Below are positions 15,697-24,745 of a stretch of 42,715 nucleotides of DNA, in pieces. The DNA lies in assembly GCA_023248025.1 (NCBI GenBank), contig JAHFFI010000001.1, forward strand, positions 1-42,715, read 5' to 3'. The notes below the pieces were generated by a model that searched no databases, was not told the origin of the DNA, and worked only from the letters and a program-made list of their open reading frames with translations. Positions within the stretch are counted from its first letter, which is position 1. Every line of letters starts with the position of its first letter. Source of the DNA: Candidatus Omnitrophota bacterium (GTDB lineage: Bacteria > Omnitrophota > Gorgyraeia > 2-02-FULL-51-18). The translations under genes and the position numbers were made by a program.

Positions 15697-17979
15697 GTGA
15701 TTTGGAAGAAGTGGCAATGGCGTTTATGGAGTTTTGTTGTCAGGTTCGGCGCGGTCGGTGAAGGTTTTCCTGACCCTGTCCTGCTGTTAACCAGTCTCAG
15801 ACGTTTTGCCCAGCCTTCCGAGCTGACCGCCCCCAAAGAACTTCTTCGTGCCGGCGCGATCATGCAGGCCAGAGGCCTGATCAACAGCCAAGCCATTCAG
15901 CATAATATGGATTGGGTGTGGCCGTATTGGGTCGAACGTCAGTTTGACCCCAGCGATGAATCATTTCTTCCCCGCGCGTTTAATTTATCACACTTAAATC
16001 TTACACACAGAAACTGGACAGCGGTCGGGGTTCCAGACTCTACCGAATTATCTCTAGTAGACCCGCGGGGACTCGTCACTCCTTATTTCGATGAATGGTC
16101 TCTTGCCCCGTGGGTGGTTACGCGGGAGGGTCTCCCTTTAATAGTCGCATCTCGACTTAAGGTGATTCGGCAGGAATTTATAATCCAGGGAAATCCTCAG
16201 GTTCAAACGACTGCAGAGCACGGGGGTGTCAGCCTCCGGTCACGTGTGGAATCTTATCTGGACGATGCCGTGACCGTTTGCCGAATAAAATTATCCGTAT
16301 TCTCGCCCGACGGCGGCTGGTTAGCCGTGTCGCTCAGGCCTTACAATCCCGAGGGGGTTAGCTTTATCCATAAGATAGCGCTCTTAAAGAGCCGCCGCGG
16401 ATGGAAAGTGGACGGACACGCTTTTATCCACTTTGACTCAAGACCGGATAGAACCAATTTTTCACGGTATTGGGAGGGTGATGTTTTTGCCAAGCTTCCT
16501 CTGGCGTCTAATGAGGAGGAGATTGAGTGCAGTGTCGGCATGGCGACAGCAGCCGCTCTTTTCGAGCTTAAGCCGAATGAAATGCGGGAAGTAACAGTTT
16601 CCGTACCGCTTAAAAAATGTTTTGATGTCGTTCCTGCCGCGCGCCCGGAATTTCTCCCAGCCGAAAAATGGAACGAAAATTTAAACCGTTTGTGTAAGTT
16701 GGATATTCCCGATAAGCAGTTTCAATTTCTTTATGATGCCGCGATTAGGTCCCTCATTCTACATTCCCCGCTGGATGTTTATCCAGGGCCTTATACCTAT
16801 AAGCGTTTTTGGTTCCGTGACGCCGCTTTTATACTTCACGCCATGCTGTGTGTAGGAATGAGTGAGAGAGCTGAAAAAGTTATCGACCGGTTCCCATCGC
16901 GCCAGACGGCCGGCGGATATTTTTTATCCCAAGAGGGGGAGTGGGATTCCAACGGAGAAGCGTTGTGGATCATGCGCCGCTTTTGCGAGCTCACAGGAAA
17001 AAAACCAAATCGAAAGTGGCGAAGCCCTGTTTATCGCGCGACGGCATGGTTGAAGGCCAAAAGGATCAGCAAAAAAGAAAGTCCTTATTTTGGACTGCTG
17101 CCTATTGGTTTTAGCGCCGAACATCTCGGGCCCAACGATTATTATTATTGGGATGATTTTTGGGGCGTTGCCGGATTCCAGGCAAGCGCCTATCTGGCCG
17201 GGCAATTCGGAGACAGTGAGCTCGTCGATGAGTTTTCAAATGAAGCTTCTGAGTTTTTGTCGTGTATTGAAAAAAGTCTCAAGCTGACGCACGGCCAGAC
17301 GGGCAATCAATGCATGCCGGCTTCACCTCATAGAAGAATGGATGCCGGGGCTATCGGATCGATCGCCGCGGGGTACCCGCTGCAGCTTTTTGCTTCCAAC
17401 GACGCAAGACTGGTGGATACGGCGGAGTTCCTTTTTAAGAAATGCTTTTTCGAGGGAGGATTTTATCAGGAGATCAGTCATTCGGGGATCAATCCTTATC
17501 TGACCCTGCATATCGCCCAAGTTTTTTTGAGAGCCGGAGATCCTCGTTTTTTTGACCTGATGAACGCCATCGCATCCTTAGCTTCACCCACAGGCCAATG
17601 GCCCGAGGCGATCCACCCGAGGACAAAAGGCGGGTGTATGGGCGATGGACAGCATATATGGGCCGCAGCCGAATGGATTTTAATGATCCGGAATTGTTTT
17701 GTGCGGGAAGAAGAAATGGATGGAATGCTCATTTTATGTTCAGGGGTTCCTGACTCATGGATCCCTGAGGGCTCATCCATATCCTTTGGACCGACGCTCA
17801 CAAGTTTTGGCCCAGTTAGCATTCGAATAAAATCCCAACACGAAAAAATCGAGATACAGTGGTCCGGCGATTGGTATGGCGATAAGAAACCATCAATCGA
17901 AATCCGTCTTCTGAATTTCGCTCACATCCAAGCAAAGCCGGGGGAAAATTCAATCGAGATCCTGCGAGGAGCTGCATGA
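15697..17979 (+). CDS. GH15-like (six-hairpin glucoamylase/trehalase-type) glycoside hydrolase; GTG start uncertain
   Basis: YKRFWFRDAAFILHAM, GEWDSNGEALWIM, YYYWDDFWGVAG. GGAG lies 5 nt before GTG 15697. Confidence 0.75.
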   Translation: MIWKKWQWRLWSFVVRFGAVGEGFPDPVLLLTSLRRFAQPSELTAPKELLRAGAIMQARGLINSQAIQHNMDWVWPYWVERQFDPSDESFLPRAFNLSHLNLTHRNWTAVGVPDSTELSLVDPRGLVTPYFDEWSLAPWVVTREGLPLIVASRLKVIRQEFIIQGNPQVQTTAEHGGVSLRSRVESYLDDAVTVCRIKLSVFSPDGGWLAVSLRPYNPEGVSFIHKIALLKSRRGWKVDGHAFIHFDSRPDRTNFSRYWEGDVFAKLPLASNEEEIECSVGMATAAALFELKPNEMREVTVSVPLKKCFDVVPAARPEFLPAEKWNENLNRLCKLDIPDKQFQFLYDAAIRSLILHSPLDVYPGPYTYKRFWFRDAAFILHAMLCVGMSERAEKVIDRFPSRQTAGGYFLSQEGEWDSNGEALWIMRRFCELTGKKPNRKWRSPVYRATAWLKAKRISKKESPYFGLLPIGFSAEHLGPNDYYYWDDFWGVAGFQASAYLAGQFGDSELVDEFSNEASEFLSCIEKSLKLTHGQTGNQCMPASPHRRMDAGAIGSIAAGYPLQLFASNDARLVDTAEFLFKKCFFEGGFYQEISHSGINPYLTLHIAQVFLRAGDPRFFDLMNAIASLASPTGQWPEAIHPRTKGGCMGDGQHIWAAAEWILMIRNCFVREEEMDGMLILCSGVPDSWIPEGSSISFGPTLTSFGPVSIRIKSQHEKIEIQWSGDWYGDKKPSIEIRLLNFAHIQAKPGENSIEILRGAA

Positions 17980-19259
17980 ATATATTGATGATGTCCAATA
18001 CTTATAAGCCGTTGGTGGGTGGAATTGAAAAATCTATAGAATCATTTACCCAGTGGTTCAGGAAAGAAGGGCATCGTGTTATTGTTGTTGCACCGGAATT
18101 CGTGAATATGAAGGTAGAGCAAGATGTGATTCGCATTCCAGCCATTCAAAATGCCGGCGGCTCTCAATTTTCCATACAACTGCCTATGCCGGGTGTTTTG
18201 GATGAGGCGCTCGGTGATTTTAAACCTGATATTGTGCATGCGCATCATCCTTTTCTTGTAGGCGACACGGCTCTTCGAATAGCCCGAAAACATCACGTGC
18301 CGCTTGTGTACACGCATCACACACTATTCGAGCAGAACACGCATTATCTGCCTGGAAATACAAAAGGCCTCAAGCGATTCGTGATAGAACTCTCCACAGG
18401 GTACGCCAATTTAGCGGACCTGGTTTTCGCGCCCAGCGAAAGTGTTCAAGCGCTTATTAAAGAGCGGGGTGTTACGACTCCGATCAAGGTCGTCCCGACG
18501 GGTGTGGATATCCAGCGTTTTAGCAAAGGAGCCAGGACAAAATTTAGAGATGCTTTAAAAATTCCTTTGGATAGTTTTGTCGTGGGCCATGTGGGGAGAC
18601 TTGCTCCTGAAAAAAACCTAGATTTTTTGGCAAGGGCCGTAGCCGCCTTCTTAAAACTGGAGCCTAACGCGAGATTTTTGGTCGGTGGAAACGGACCTTC
18701 GGAAGAAAATATTAAAGCAGCTTGTGAACGCCAGAACGTGGGGGATCGCCTTTATATGGCGGGTGTACTTAAGGGTAAAGATCTTGTAAGTGCATACCAC
18801 GCGATGGATGTTTTTGTTTTTGCTTCTCAAAGTGAAACACAAGGGTTGGTGATCACAGAGGCCATGTGTGCGGGGCTTCCTGTTGTGGCTGTCGATGCCC
18901 CCGGCGTAAGAGAGATTGTTGTGGATAAAATAAACGGACGTCTGCTATCTTCAGAAAATCTTGAGGGTTTTGTTTCGGCGCTTTCATGGATGGGCAAGAT
19001 CTCATCATCAAAAATTAAAAAAATGAAAGAAGCTAGCAGACGTACAGCCAAACACTTTTCCTTAAAAATAAGTGCCCAGAATGCCATGGATGCCTATAAG
19101 CAGCTTCTTTTAACAGACGGCGCACGGGATAAGATCCATGATGACAGTGCTTGGGAGAAGGCAGGACAGCTTATTCAAACTCAATGGGATCTTACAAAAA
19201 ATATCACGAAAGCAGCCGGAGCCTATCTCAATAATGAAACTCATGAAGTTAGCGTCTAA
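17976..19259 (+). CDS. GT4-family glycosyltransferase
   Basis: N-terminal MSNTYKPLVGGIEKS. C-terminal E-x7-E region VFVFASQSETQGLVITEAMCAGLPVVAV. ATGA overlap with the upstream gene. Confidence 0.88.
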   Translation: MNILMMSNTYKPLVGGIEKSIESFTQWFRKEGHRVIVVAPEFVNMKVEQDVIRIPAIQNAGGSQFSIQLPMPGVLDEALGDFKPDIVHAHHPFLVGDTALRIARKHHVPLVYTHHTLFEQNTHYLPGNTKGLKRFVIELSTGYANLADLVFAPSESVQALIKERGVTTPIKVVPTGVDIQRFSKGARTKFRDALKIPLDSFVVGHVGRLAPEKNLDFLARAVAAFLKLEPNARFLVGGNGPSEENIKAACERQNVGDRLYMAGVLKGKDLVSAYHAMDVFVFASQSETQGLVITEAMCAGLPVVAVDAPGVREIVVDKINGRLLSSENLEGFVSALSWMGKISSSKIKKMKEASRRTAKHFSLKISAQNAMDAYKQLLLTDGARDKIHDDSAWEKAGQLIQTQWDLTKNITKAAGAYLNNETHEVSV

Positions 19260-19334
19260 CAGGTATACACGATGATTGTCAGAATAGAAGCATTTATAAG
19301 AAAACTTTGGCACGTGTTTAGTCCTGAGGAGGTG

Positions 19335-21665
19335 ATGGCCCGTCTTTTAAATATTCCTAAAACAAAAGATATGGCCGCAAAGCCCGGCTTGGTCATGATC
19401 CAAATCGATGGATTAGGATTGACCCAGTTTGAGCGTGCGATTCAAAAAGGGAGCATGCCTTTTTTAGCGCGCTTATGGAAAAAAGAAGGTTATATAAACC
19501 GCCGTCATTACACAGGTCTTCCTTCCAATACGCCGGCGGTTCAAGCACAGCTTTTTTATGGCGTCAAAAATTGCGTTCCCGCATTTAGTTTCAAGGATAG
19601 CCAAAGCGGGGAGGTTTTTAATATGTTTAATCCGGAATCTGCCTCTATCATAGAAGCTCGATTGAAAGATAAGGGCGTCCCTCTTTTGAAAGGGGGTAGT
19701 GCCTATGGCAATATTTTTACGGGTGGAGCCAACGAAGCTCATTTCTGCGTTTCTTCGGTCGGATGGGGAAGTTTGCTGAGTTTGTTGAAAACAGCCAGTC
19801 CATTAGGGATGCCCCTCGTTATTTTTCTAAATCTTCACATTTTTATCCGTGCTTTGTTTTTGATCCTGGTGGAATTTATCTTAGCCGTGGTCGATTCTAT
19901 CCGTGGCATTATATACGGAAAAAAATTCATGAGCGAAATAGGATATATCCCTCTCCGAGTGGCAGTTTGTGTTTTGCTAAGGGAGATTATCGGCGCGGGG
20001 GCGAAGATCGATATTGCCCGGGGGCTGCCGGTGATCCACATTAATCTGGCAGGGTATGATGAGCAAGCTCATCATCGAGGTTCCAAGTCCGCTTTTGCTC
20101 ACTGGTCTTTGAGAGGGATCGATGGCGCGATAGCGAAAGTATGGAAAGCAGCGCAAAGATCCCAACAGCGCCACTATGATGTTTTTGTCTATTCGGACCA
20201 TGGGCAGGAAGATACGATCAGTTACTACGAAGAGAACGGGCGGACAATCGATGAAGCCGTCAATGAGATTTTTAAAAAGCAGACCAGTTCCGGCTTATGG
20301 CGATTGGAGTTTAGCCAAGGATATCCATACTGGCGCGCTCACACCTTAAGAAACAGGCCGGAGAAAAAGCGGGAAGCCGGATCTTCACGGCCCGAAGCCA
20401 AAGAGAGAGATGCTGCACCCCGCGTCGTGGTTGCCGCGATGGGCAATGTGGGACTTATTTACCCGCCGCACCCGCTTTCCCCGGAGGAAAAAGAGGCGCT
20501 TGCCGGGGACCTGGTCTTGTCCGCCAAGGTCCCGTTCGTGATGACGAAGGACAGGCCCGGTCGGGCAATTGCCTGGAACACGCAGGGAAAATATATTTTC
20601 CCTGAAGAGGCTGATAAGGTCATCGAAGCGAGCCATCCTTTCTTTAAAGATGTGACTCATGATCTGGTCGAGCTTTGTCATCATCCGGACGCGGGCGAAC
20701 TTCTGATCTTTGGCTGGAGAAAAGGGTCCAAATCTCTTACTTTCCATGCAGAGCAGGGAAGCCATGCGGGGCCAGGGCCTGAAGAGACGAGTGGTTTTGC
20801 TTTGTTGCCTATGGGAGCGTTGGCACGATCTCTAAAAACAATTTCTACAAAAGATCTTCGTGACGCCGCTTTTCGTGCCCAGGAGCGTGGGGACGAGAAT
20901 ACCAGCGCTATCCCGGAGAGCCCGGACCATATGACCGATCCCCCTATTCTACGAATTATGACTTATAACGTTCATGCCTGCATGGGCCGAGATGGAAAAA
21001 TTTCTCCCAATCGAATAGCCGGGATCATTGCCAGACATGATCCGGATATTGTTGCCTTGCAGGAGCTTGGGTCGAATGAACACGCTCATCAAGCAGAAGT
21101 TATCGCTAAGAAATTGGCTATGGCATGTCATTTTCATCCTTGTCTTTCGATGAAGAAAGGCCAGCGTGGGAACGCTATTTTCAGCAAGTTTCCTATGCGG
21201 CTTGTTCGGAATGGGAGTCTGCCTAAACTTTCTCGAATACCTTTTCTTGAACCACGCGGAGCTTTATGGGTGGAAATCGACGTGCGCGGACTCAAGATAC
21301 AAGTTCTTACCACCCACCTTAGCCTTTCTTCTCGAGAACGTCTTTTACAAATGAAGGCTCTTTTAGGGCCGGACTGGTTGGGAAACCCCACTTGCCAGGA
21401 TCCTGTCATTTTTTGTGGGGATTTCAATGCTTTGGCGCAGTCAAAGATCTTCAAAAATATCGGGCCTGTCCTTAAAAGTACTCATTTTGAATTAAATAGC
21501 CAACGCCCTCTAAAAACACTTCCAAGTTTTTATCCGCTCGGACTTGTCGATCATATTTTTGTGGGGCCTAGGTTTAAAACGATCAACAGAGAGGTTCCTA
21601 AAACGGAGTTGGAAAGAATGTCGTCCGATCATCTGCCCCTGATTGTCGACGTTCAAGTTGGATAG
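19335..21665 (+). CDS. fusion protein: alkaline-phosphatase-superfamily (nucleotide pyrophosphatase/phosphodiesterase-like) domain + endonuclease/exonuclease/phosphatase (EEP) domain
   Basis: GAGGAGG RBS before ATG 19335 (ORF track starts at 19272). IQIDGLG...LPSNTPAVQAQLFYG...VYSDHGQ. Internal hydrophobic stretch LVIFLNLHIFIRALFLILVEFILAVV. C-terminal MTYNVH...VALQEL...GDFN...SDHLPL. Confidence 0.8.
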   Translation: MARLLNIPKTKDMAAKPGLVMIQIDGLGLTQFERAIQKGSMPFLARLWKKEGYINRRHYTGLPSNTPAVQAQLFYGVKNCVPAFSFKDSQSGEVFNMFNPESASIIEARLKDKGVPLLKGGSAYGNIFTGGANEAHFCVSSVGWGSLLSLLKTASPLGMPLVIFLNLHIFIRALFLILVEFILAVVDSIRGIIYGKKFMSEIGYIPLRVAVCVLLREIIGAGAKIDIARGLPVIHINLAGYDEQAHHRGSKSAFAHWSLRGIDGAIAKVWKAAQRSQQRHYDVFVYSDHGQEDTISYYEENGRTIDEAVNEIFKKQTSSGLWRLEFSQGYPYWRAHTLRNRPEKKREAGSSRPEAKERDAAPRVVVAAMGNVGLIYPPHPLSPEEKEALAGDLVLSAKVPFVMTKDRPGRAIAWNTQGKYIFPEEADKVIEASHPFFKDVTHDLVELCHHPDAGELLIFGWRKGSKSLTFHAEQGSHAGPGPEETSGFALLPMGALARSLKTISTKDLRDAAFRAQERGDENTSAIPESPDHMTDPPILRIMTYNVHACMGRDGKISPNRIAGIIARHDPDIVALQELGSNEHAHQAEVIAKKLAMACHFHPCLSMKKGQRGNAIFSKFPMRLVRNGSLPKLSRIPFLEPRGALWVEIDVRGLKIQVLTTHLSLSSRERLLQMKALLGPDWLGNPTCQDPVIFCGDFNALAQSKIFKNIGPVLKSTHFELNSQRPLKTLPSFYPLGLVDHIFVGPRFKTINREVPKTELERMSSDHLPLIVDVQVG

Positions 21666-21667
21666 GT

Positions 21668-21729
21668 TATCCCCGATAGAAAGTTCAGGCGTTGCCCTGA
21701 TACCGAAAGAATCGAGTTTGTTCTATGAT
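21668..21729 (+). promoter_or_regulatory. stress-module promoter copy D
   Basis: TATCCCCGATAGAAAGTTCAGGCGTTGCCCTGATA, then 22 nt from CCTGAT (21696-21701) to TATGAT (21724-21729). Confidence 0.6.
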
Positions 21730-21762
21730 GAAGATAGAGGAAATTCAAAAAAGGAGCTAACC

Positions 21763-21960
21763 ATGAATAAAAGTCTTGGAATTGTTTTTTTGGTGTTGGG
21801 AGCGTGTTTATTGGTTTATGGATTCAACGCCGCGGATTCTGTCGCGTCGGATTTTTCCAGATTCTTTAATGGAACGCCCACCAATAGGTCACTCATGCTA
21901 CTCATCTTGGGGGGCGTTTTGGCGGTTTCCGGGGCTTCATTTTTAACTAAAAAAGACTAG
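21763..21960 (+). CDS. DUF3185-like small membrane protein (65 aa; the ORF-track start at 21643 is too far upstream)
   Basis: AAGGAG RBS. MNKSLGIVFLVLGACLLVYGFNAADSVASDFSRFFNGTPTNRSLMLLILGGVLAVSGASFL. Confidence 0.75.
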   Translation: MNKSLGIVFLVLGACLLVYGFNAADSVASDFSRFFNGTPTNRSLMLLILGGVLAVSGASFLTKKD

Positions 21961-22003
21961 GGTTAACCCTAGTCAACAAACAGTACTCAAAGGAGAAATA
22001 ATC

Positions 22004-22399
22004 ATGAGAAAGTTCTTGTTAAACCATAAACTTGTTACGATACTGGCGTTGTGGACGATCTTTATCAGCATTCCGCCTTCCAACGCTTTTGCTATGCCCA
22101 GCGCGTCCGTTACGGCATTTGACGTCGTTTCTTTAAGGCAGGCCCAGATGAGTAAGATCATGTCTGAGTTGTCCCGACCCGAAGCGAGAGCGCATTTGAT
22201 GCTGATGGGAATCAGTCAAAATGAACTAAAAGCTAAGCTGACTCAACTGGACGATGCGCAGCTGGCCAGCGTGGCGAAGAAGGCGGACGCGGTGAAAGTC
22301 GCCGGAGATGCGGGATTAGGTATTATTATCACACTTTTGGTGATTGCGATATTGGCTATCATTTTCATCAGATTGTCTAACCACCAGAGAATTAACTAA
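22004..22399 (+). CDS. small signal-peptide/C-terminal-TM protein resembling the PA2779 family
   Basis: AAGGAG RBS and signal peptide. RQAQMSKIMSELSRPEARAHLMLMGISQNELKAKLTQLDDAQLASVA, then TM GIIITLLVIAILAIIFI. Confidence 0.55.
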   Translation: MRKFLLNHKLVTILALWTIFISIPPSNAFAMPSASVTAFDVVSLRQAQMSKIMSELSRPEARAHLMLMGISQNELKAKLTQLDDAQLASVAKKADAVKVAGDAGLGIIITLLVIAILAIIFIRLSNHQRIN

Positions 22400-22406
22400 C
22401 GCAAGA

Positions 22407-23480
22407 ATGATGATCAAGGGCAGGATGATAAGATTGGTTCTTTTATCATCCTGCTCATTTTTTTTGGCCGGTTGTGCGACCTCATTCACTTATCGTGTAA
22501 ATCCCCCTGTGGCACTCGAAACCCACGAATCTTTTTATCTTGAGAACGTCCCCTCTGTAGCACAAAAGACTTATCAGTGCGGCCCCGCGGCACTGGAGTC
22601 TGTGAGCCGTTATTGGGGAAGAAGCGCCGATGCGGACTCCATAAGCAAGGCACTCTACAAATCAAAGACAGGCGGAGTTTTTAATTTTAGTCTCATGCAG
22701 TACGCGAAAACGATCGGTTTTTGGAGCGAGATTCATAAGGCGCAGAGCGAAGAGGATCTGAAGCAGTGGCTTCGCAAGGGAGTTCCTCCTATCGTGATGC
22801 TCGACTCGGGCACCCTATGGGCCCACACCTATCATTTTGTCGTGCTCAAAGGTTTTGATGACGCTTTGAAGATTTTTTACGCGAATACGGGTGTTCTTGA
22901 GACACAAGCCATCGATTACGGAGAGTTCGGGCGGCGATGGAAAAAAGCGGACACTTGGAGCTTGATCGTTTCACCGCCGGAAAAAGTGGATTGGGAATTA
23001 GACGAAACGCAGTCCATTGATATTGCCCTAATTTTTGAAAAAAATGGAAACCTAAACCAGGCTGAGCAATGGGTGGAGTCAGTTTTGAGAAAAAATCCTG
23101 AAAGTCTCGCGGCAAAATTTAACCTTGCCAATATCTATAGCAAATCCAATCGATCGGAGCAGGCTAAAACTATTTATCAAGAACTTTTGAATAAAAATCC
23201 AAGTCGATCGGAGATAAGCAACAATTTGGCCTGGATCTATTATGAAGAAGGCCGTTACGAAGACGCGTTAAACGTGATCTTGGCAGCTTTTAAAAATGGC
23301 GCTCAAAAAAATTATGACATTCTGGACACCATGGGAATGATTGACTGCAAATTGGGCCGGACTGAAGAAGCACAGCATGCTTTTTCGGAAGCCATGAGCA
23401 AGGTTCCGACCGAAGATGTGCAAACGCTTAAGCTCATACAGGATCATAGAGCTGCATGTAAACAGGAAATTGGGCAATAA
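22407..23480 (+). CDS. C39-like cysteine peptidase lipoprotein with C-terminal TPRs (PA2778-family-like)
   Basis: Lipobox FFLAGC. Catalytic-type QCGPAAL and HFVVLKG. TPR repeats AEQWVESVLRKNPES..., AKTIYQELLNKNPS... Confidence 0.75.
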   Translation: MMIKGRMIRLVLLSSCSFFLAGCATSFTYRVNPPVALETHESFYLENVPSVAQKTYQCGPAALESVSRYWGRSADADSISKALYKSKTGGVFNFSLMQYAKTIGFWSEIHKAQSEEDLKQWLRKGVPPIVMLDSGTLWAHTYHFVVLKGFDDALKIFYANTGVLETQAIDYGEFGRRWKKADTWSLIVSPPEKVDWELDETQSIDIALIFEKNGNLNQAEQWVESVLRKNPESLAAKFNLANIYSKSNRSEQAKTIYQELLNKNPSRSEISNNLAWIYYEEGRYEDALNVILAAFKNGAQKNYDILDTMGMIDCKLGRTEEAQHAFSEAMSKVPTEDVQTLKLIQDHRAACKQEIGQ

Positions 23481-23489
23481 AAAATGGCT

Positions 23490-23551
23490 TTTCCCTGATA
23501 GAAAGTTTAGTAGTTCTCCTGATATCGAAAGTACCGTTCTCAGTCTATGAT
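23490..23551 (+). promoter_or_regulatory. stress-module promoter copy E (degenerate centre), upstream of the kinase/regulator operon
   Basis: TTTCCCTGATAGAAAGTTTAGTAGTTCTCCTGATA, then 22 nt from CCTGAT (23518-23523) to TATGAT (23546-23551). Confidence 0.55.
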
Positions 23552-23629
23552 ATCTATAGCTTCGAGAAGGCGGCAACTTAATCAAAACTTCCGATAGGGA
23601 TACCCATCAATCAGGAGTAGAATAAGACC

Positions 23630-24745
23630 ATGAAACGTAGCAGGTTAAAGAAACCGGTATCGATTAAACTAAAGCGCTTATCCAAGCCGGCGCAGGTGCC
23701 CGACGTTTCACCCATCCGGTCATCTGAAATCCGGTACCGTCGGCTATTCGAATCCGCTCAAGACGGTATTTTGATCCTAGACGCTGGCACGGGCCGCATC
23801 ACCGATGTGAATCCGTTCCTAGTTAAGTTATTAGGCATTACTCAGAAAAAACTTTTGGGTAAGAGACTTTGGGAAATCGGCCTGTTTCACGATGTAGAAA
23901 AGTCGAAAGGCGCATTCAGAGAATTGCAGCGGAACGGCTATATCCGGTACGAAGATTTGCCCCTTGAGACGAAGGACGGACGTTACATTGATGTGGAGTT
24001 TGTGAGCAACGTCTACTTGGCCAATGGCATTAAAGTGATCCAATGCAACATCCGTGACATTACTGAGCGTAAACACTTAGAAGTGGAAAAAGCTATTTTG
24101 GAAACTATCGAAGAAGAGCAGCGGCGGATCGGACAGGATCTGCATGACGGTTTGTGCCAACAGTTGGCGGGTATCGCGCTCATCGCAAAGGCTTTGGCGG
24201 TTAAGCTGTCTGCCAAGGCGCCTGACGAATCGGCTGAGGCCTTCGAAATTGCCGAGTTGATCAGCCAGGCTATTGAACAAACACGTGATCTGGCCAGAGG
24301 ACTCTCACCGGTGGAAGTTGAGGTGCCCGGTCTTGCGGCTGCATTGGAAAAATTTTCCGTTACGACTGCGCGGCTTTATAAAATATCCTGTGTATTTGTT
24401 CATAATGAAAGCATAAAGCTTAAGCACGAGTATTCGCCGATACTGGCTACCCACCTTTACCGGATTGTCCAGGAAGCGGTGAACAATGCCATTCAGCACG
24501 GGAAGGCCAGACGGGTGATAATCACTCTTGCGGTTACTAAAAAAATTGGGTTGTTGACAATTCAGGATAATGGAATTGGATTTCAGGCTAAAGATGAAGA
24601 CGCGCCGGGCCTGGGTTTGCGCAGTATGCGCTATCGCGGCCGGATGATTGGCGCGCGGTTTATGGTCGGCCGAGACACGGGCGGGGGAACGATCGTTTCC
24701 TGCTCATTCCCCTATTCTGACGAACGGGAGTTTAGCAAAAAATGA
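23630..24745 (+). CDS. cytoplasmic PAS sensor histidine kinase (HisKA_3 / NarX-LiaS type)
   Basis: PAS RYRRLFESAQDGILILD, H-box RIGQDLHDGLCQQLAGI, N-box QEAVNNAIQHG, G-boxes DNGIGF and GLGLRSM. No TM segments. Confidence 0.9.
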   Translation: MKRSRLKKPVSIKLKRLSKPAQVPDVSPIRSSEIRYRRLFESAQDGILILDAGTGRITDVNPFLVKLLGITQKKLLGKRLWEIGLFHDVEKSKGAFRELQRNGYIRYEDLPLETKDGRYIDVEFVSNVYLANGIKVIQCNIRDITERKHLEVEKAILETIEEEQRRIGQDLHDGLCQQLAGIALIAKALAVKLSAKAPDESAEAFEIAELISQAIEQTRDLARGLSPVEVEVPGLAAALEKFSVTTARLYKISCVFVHNESIKLKHEYSPILATHLYRIVQEAVNNAIQHGKARRVIITLAVTKKIGLLTIQDNGIGFQAKDEDAPGLGLRSMRYRGRMIGARFMVGRDTGGGTIVSCSFPYSDEREFSKK

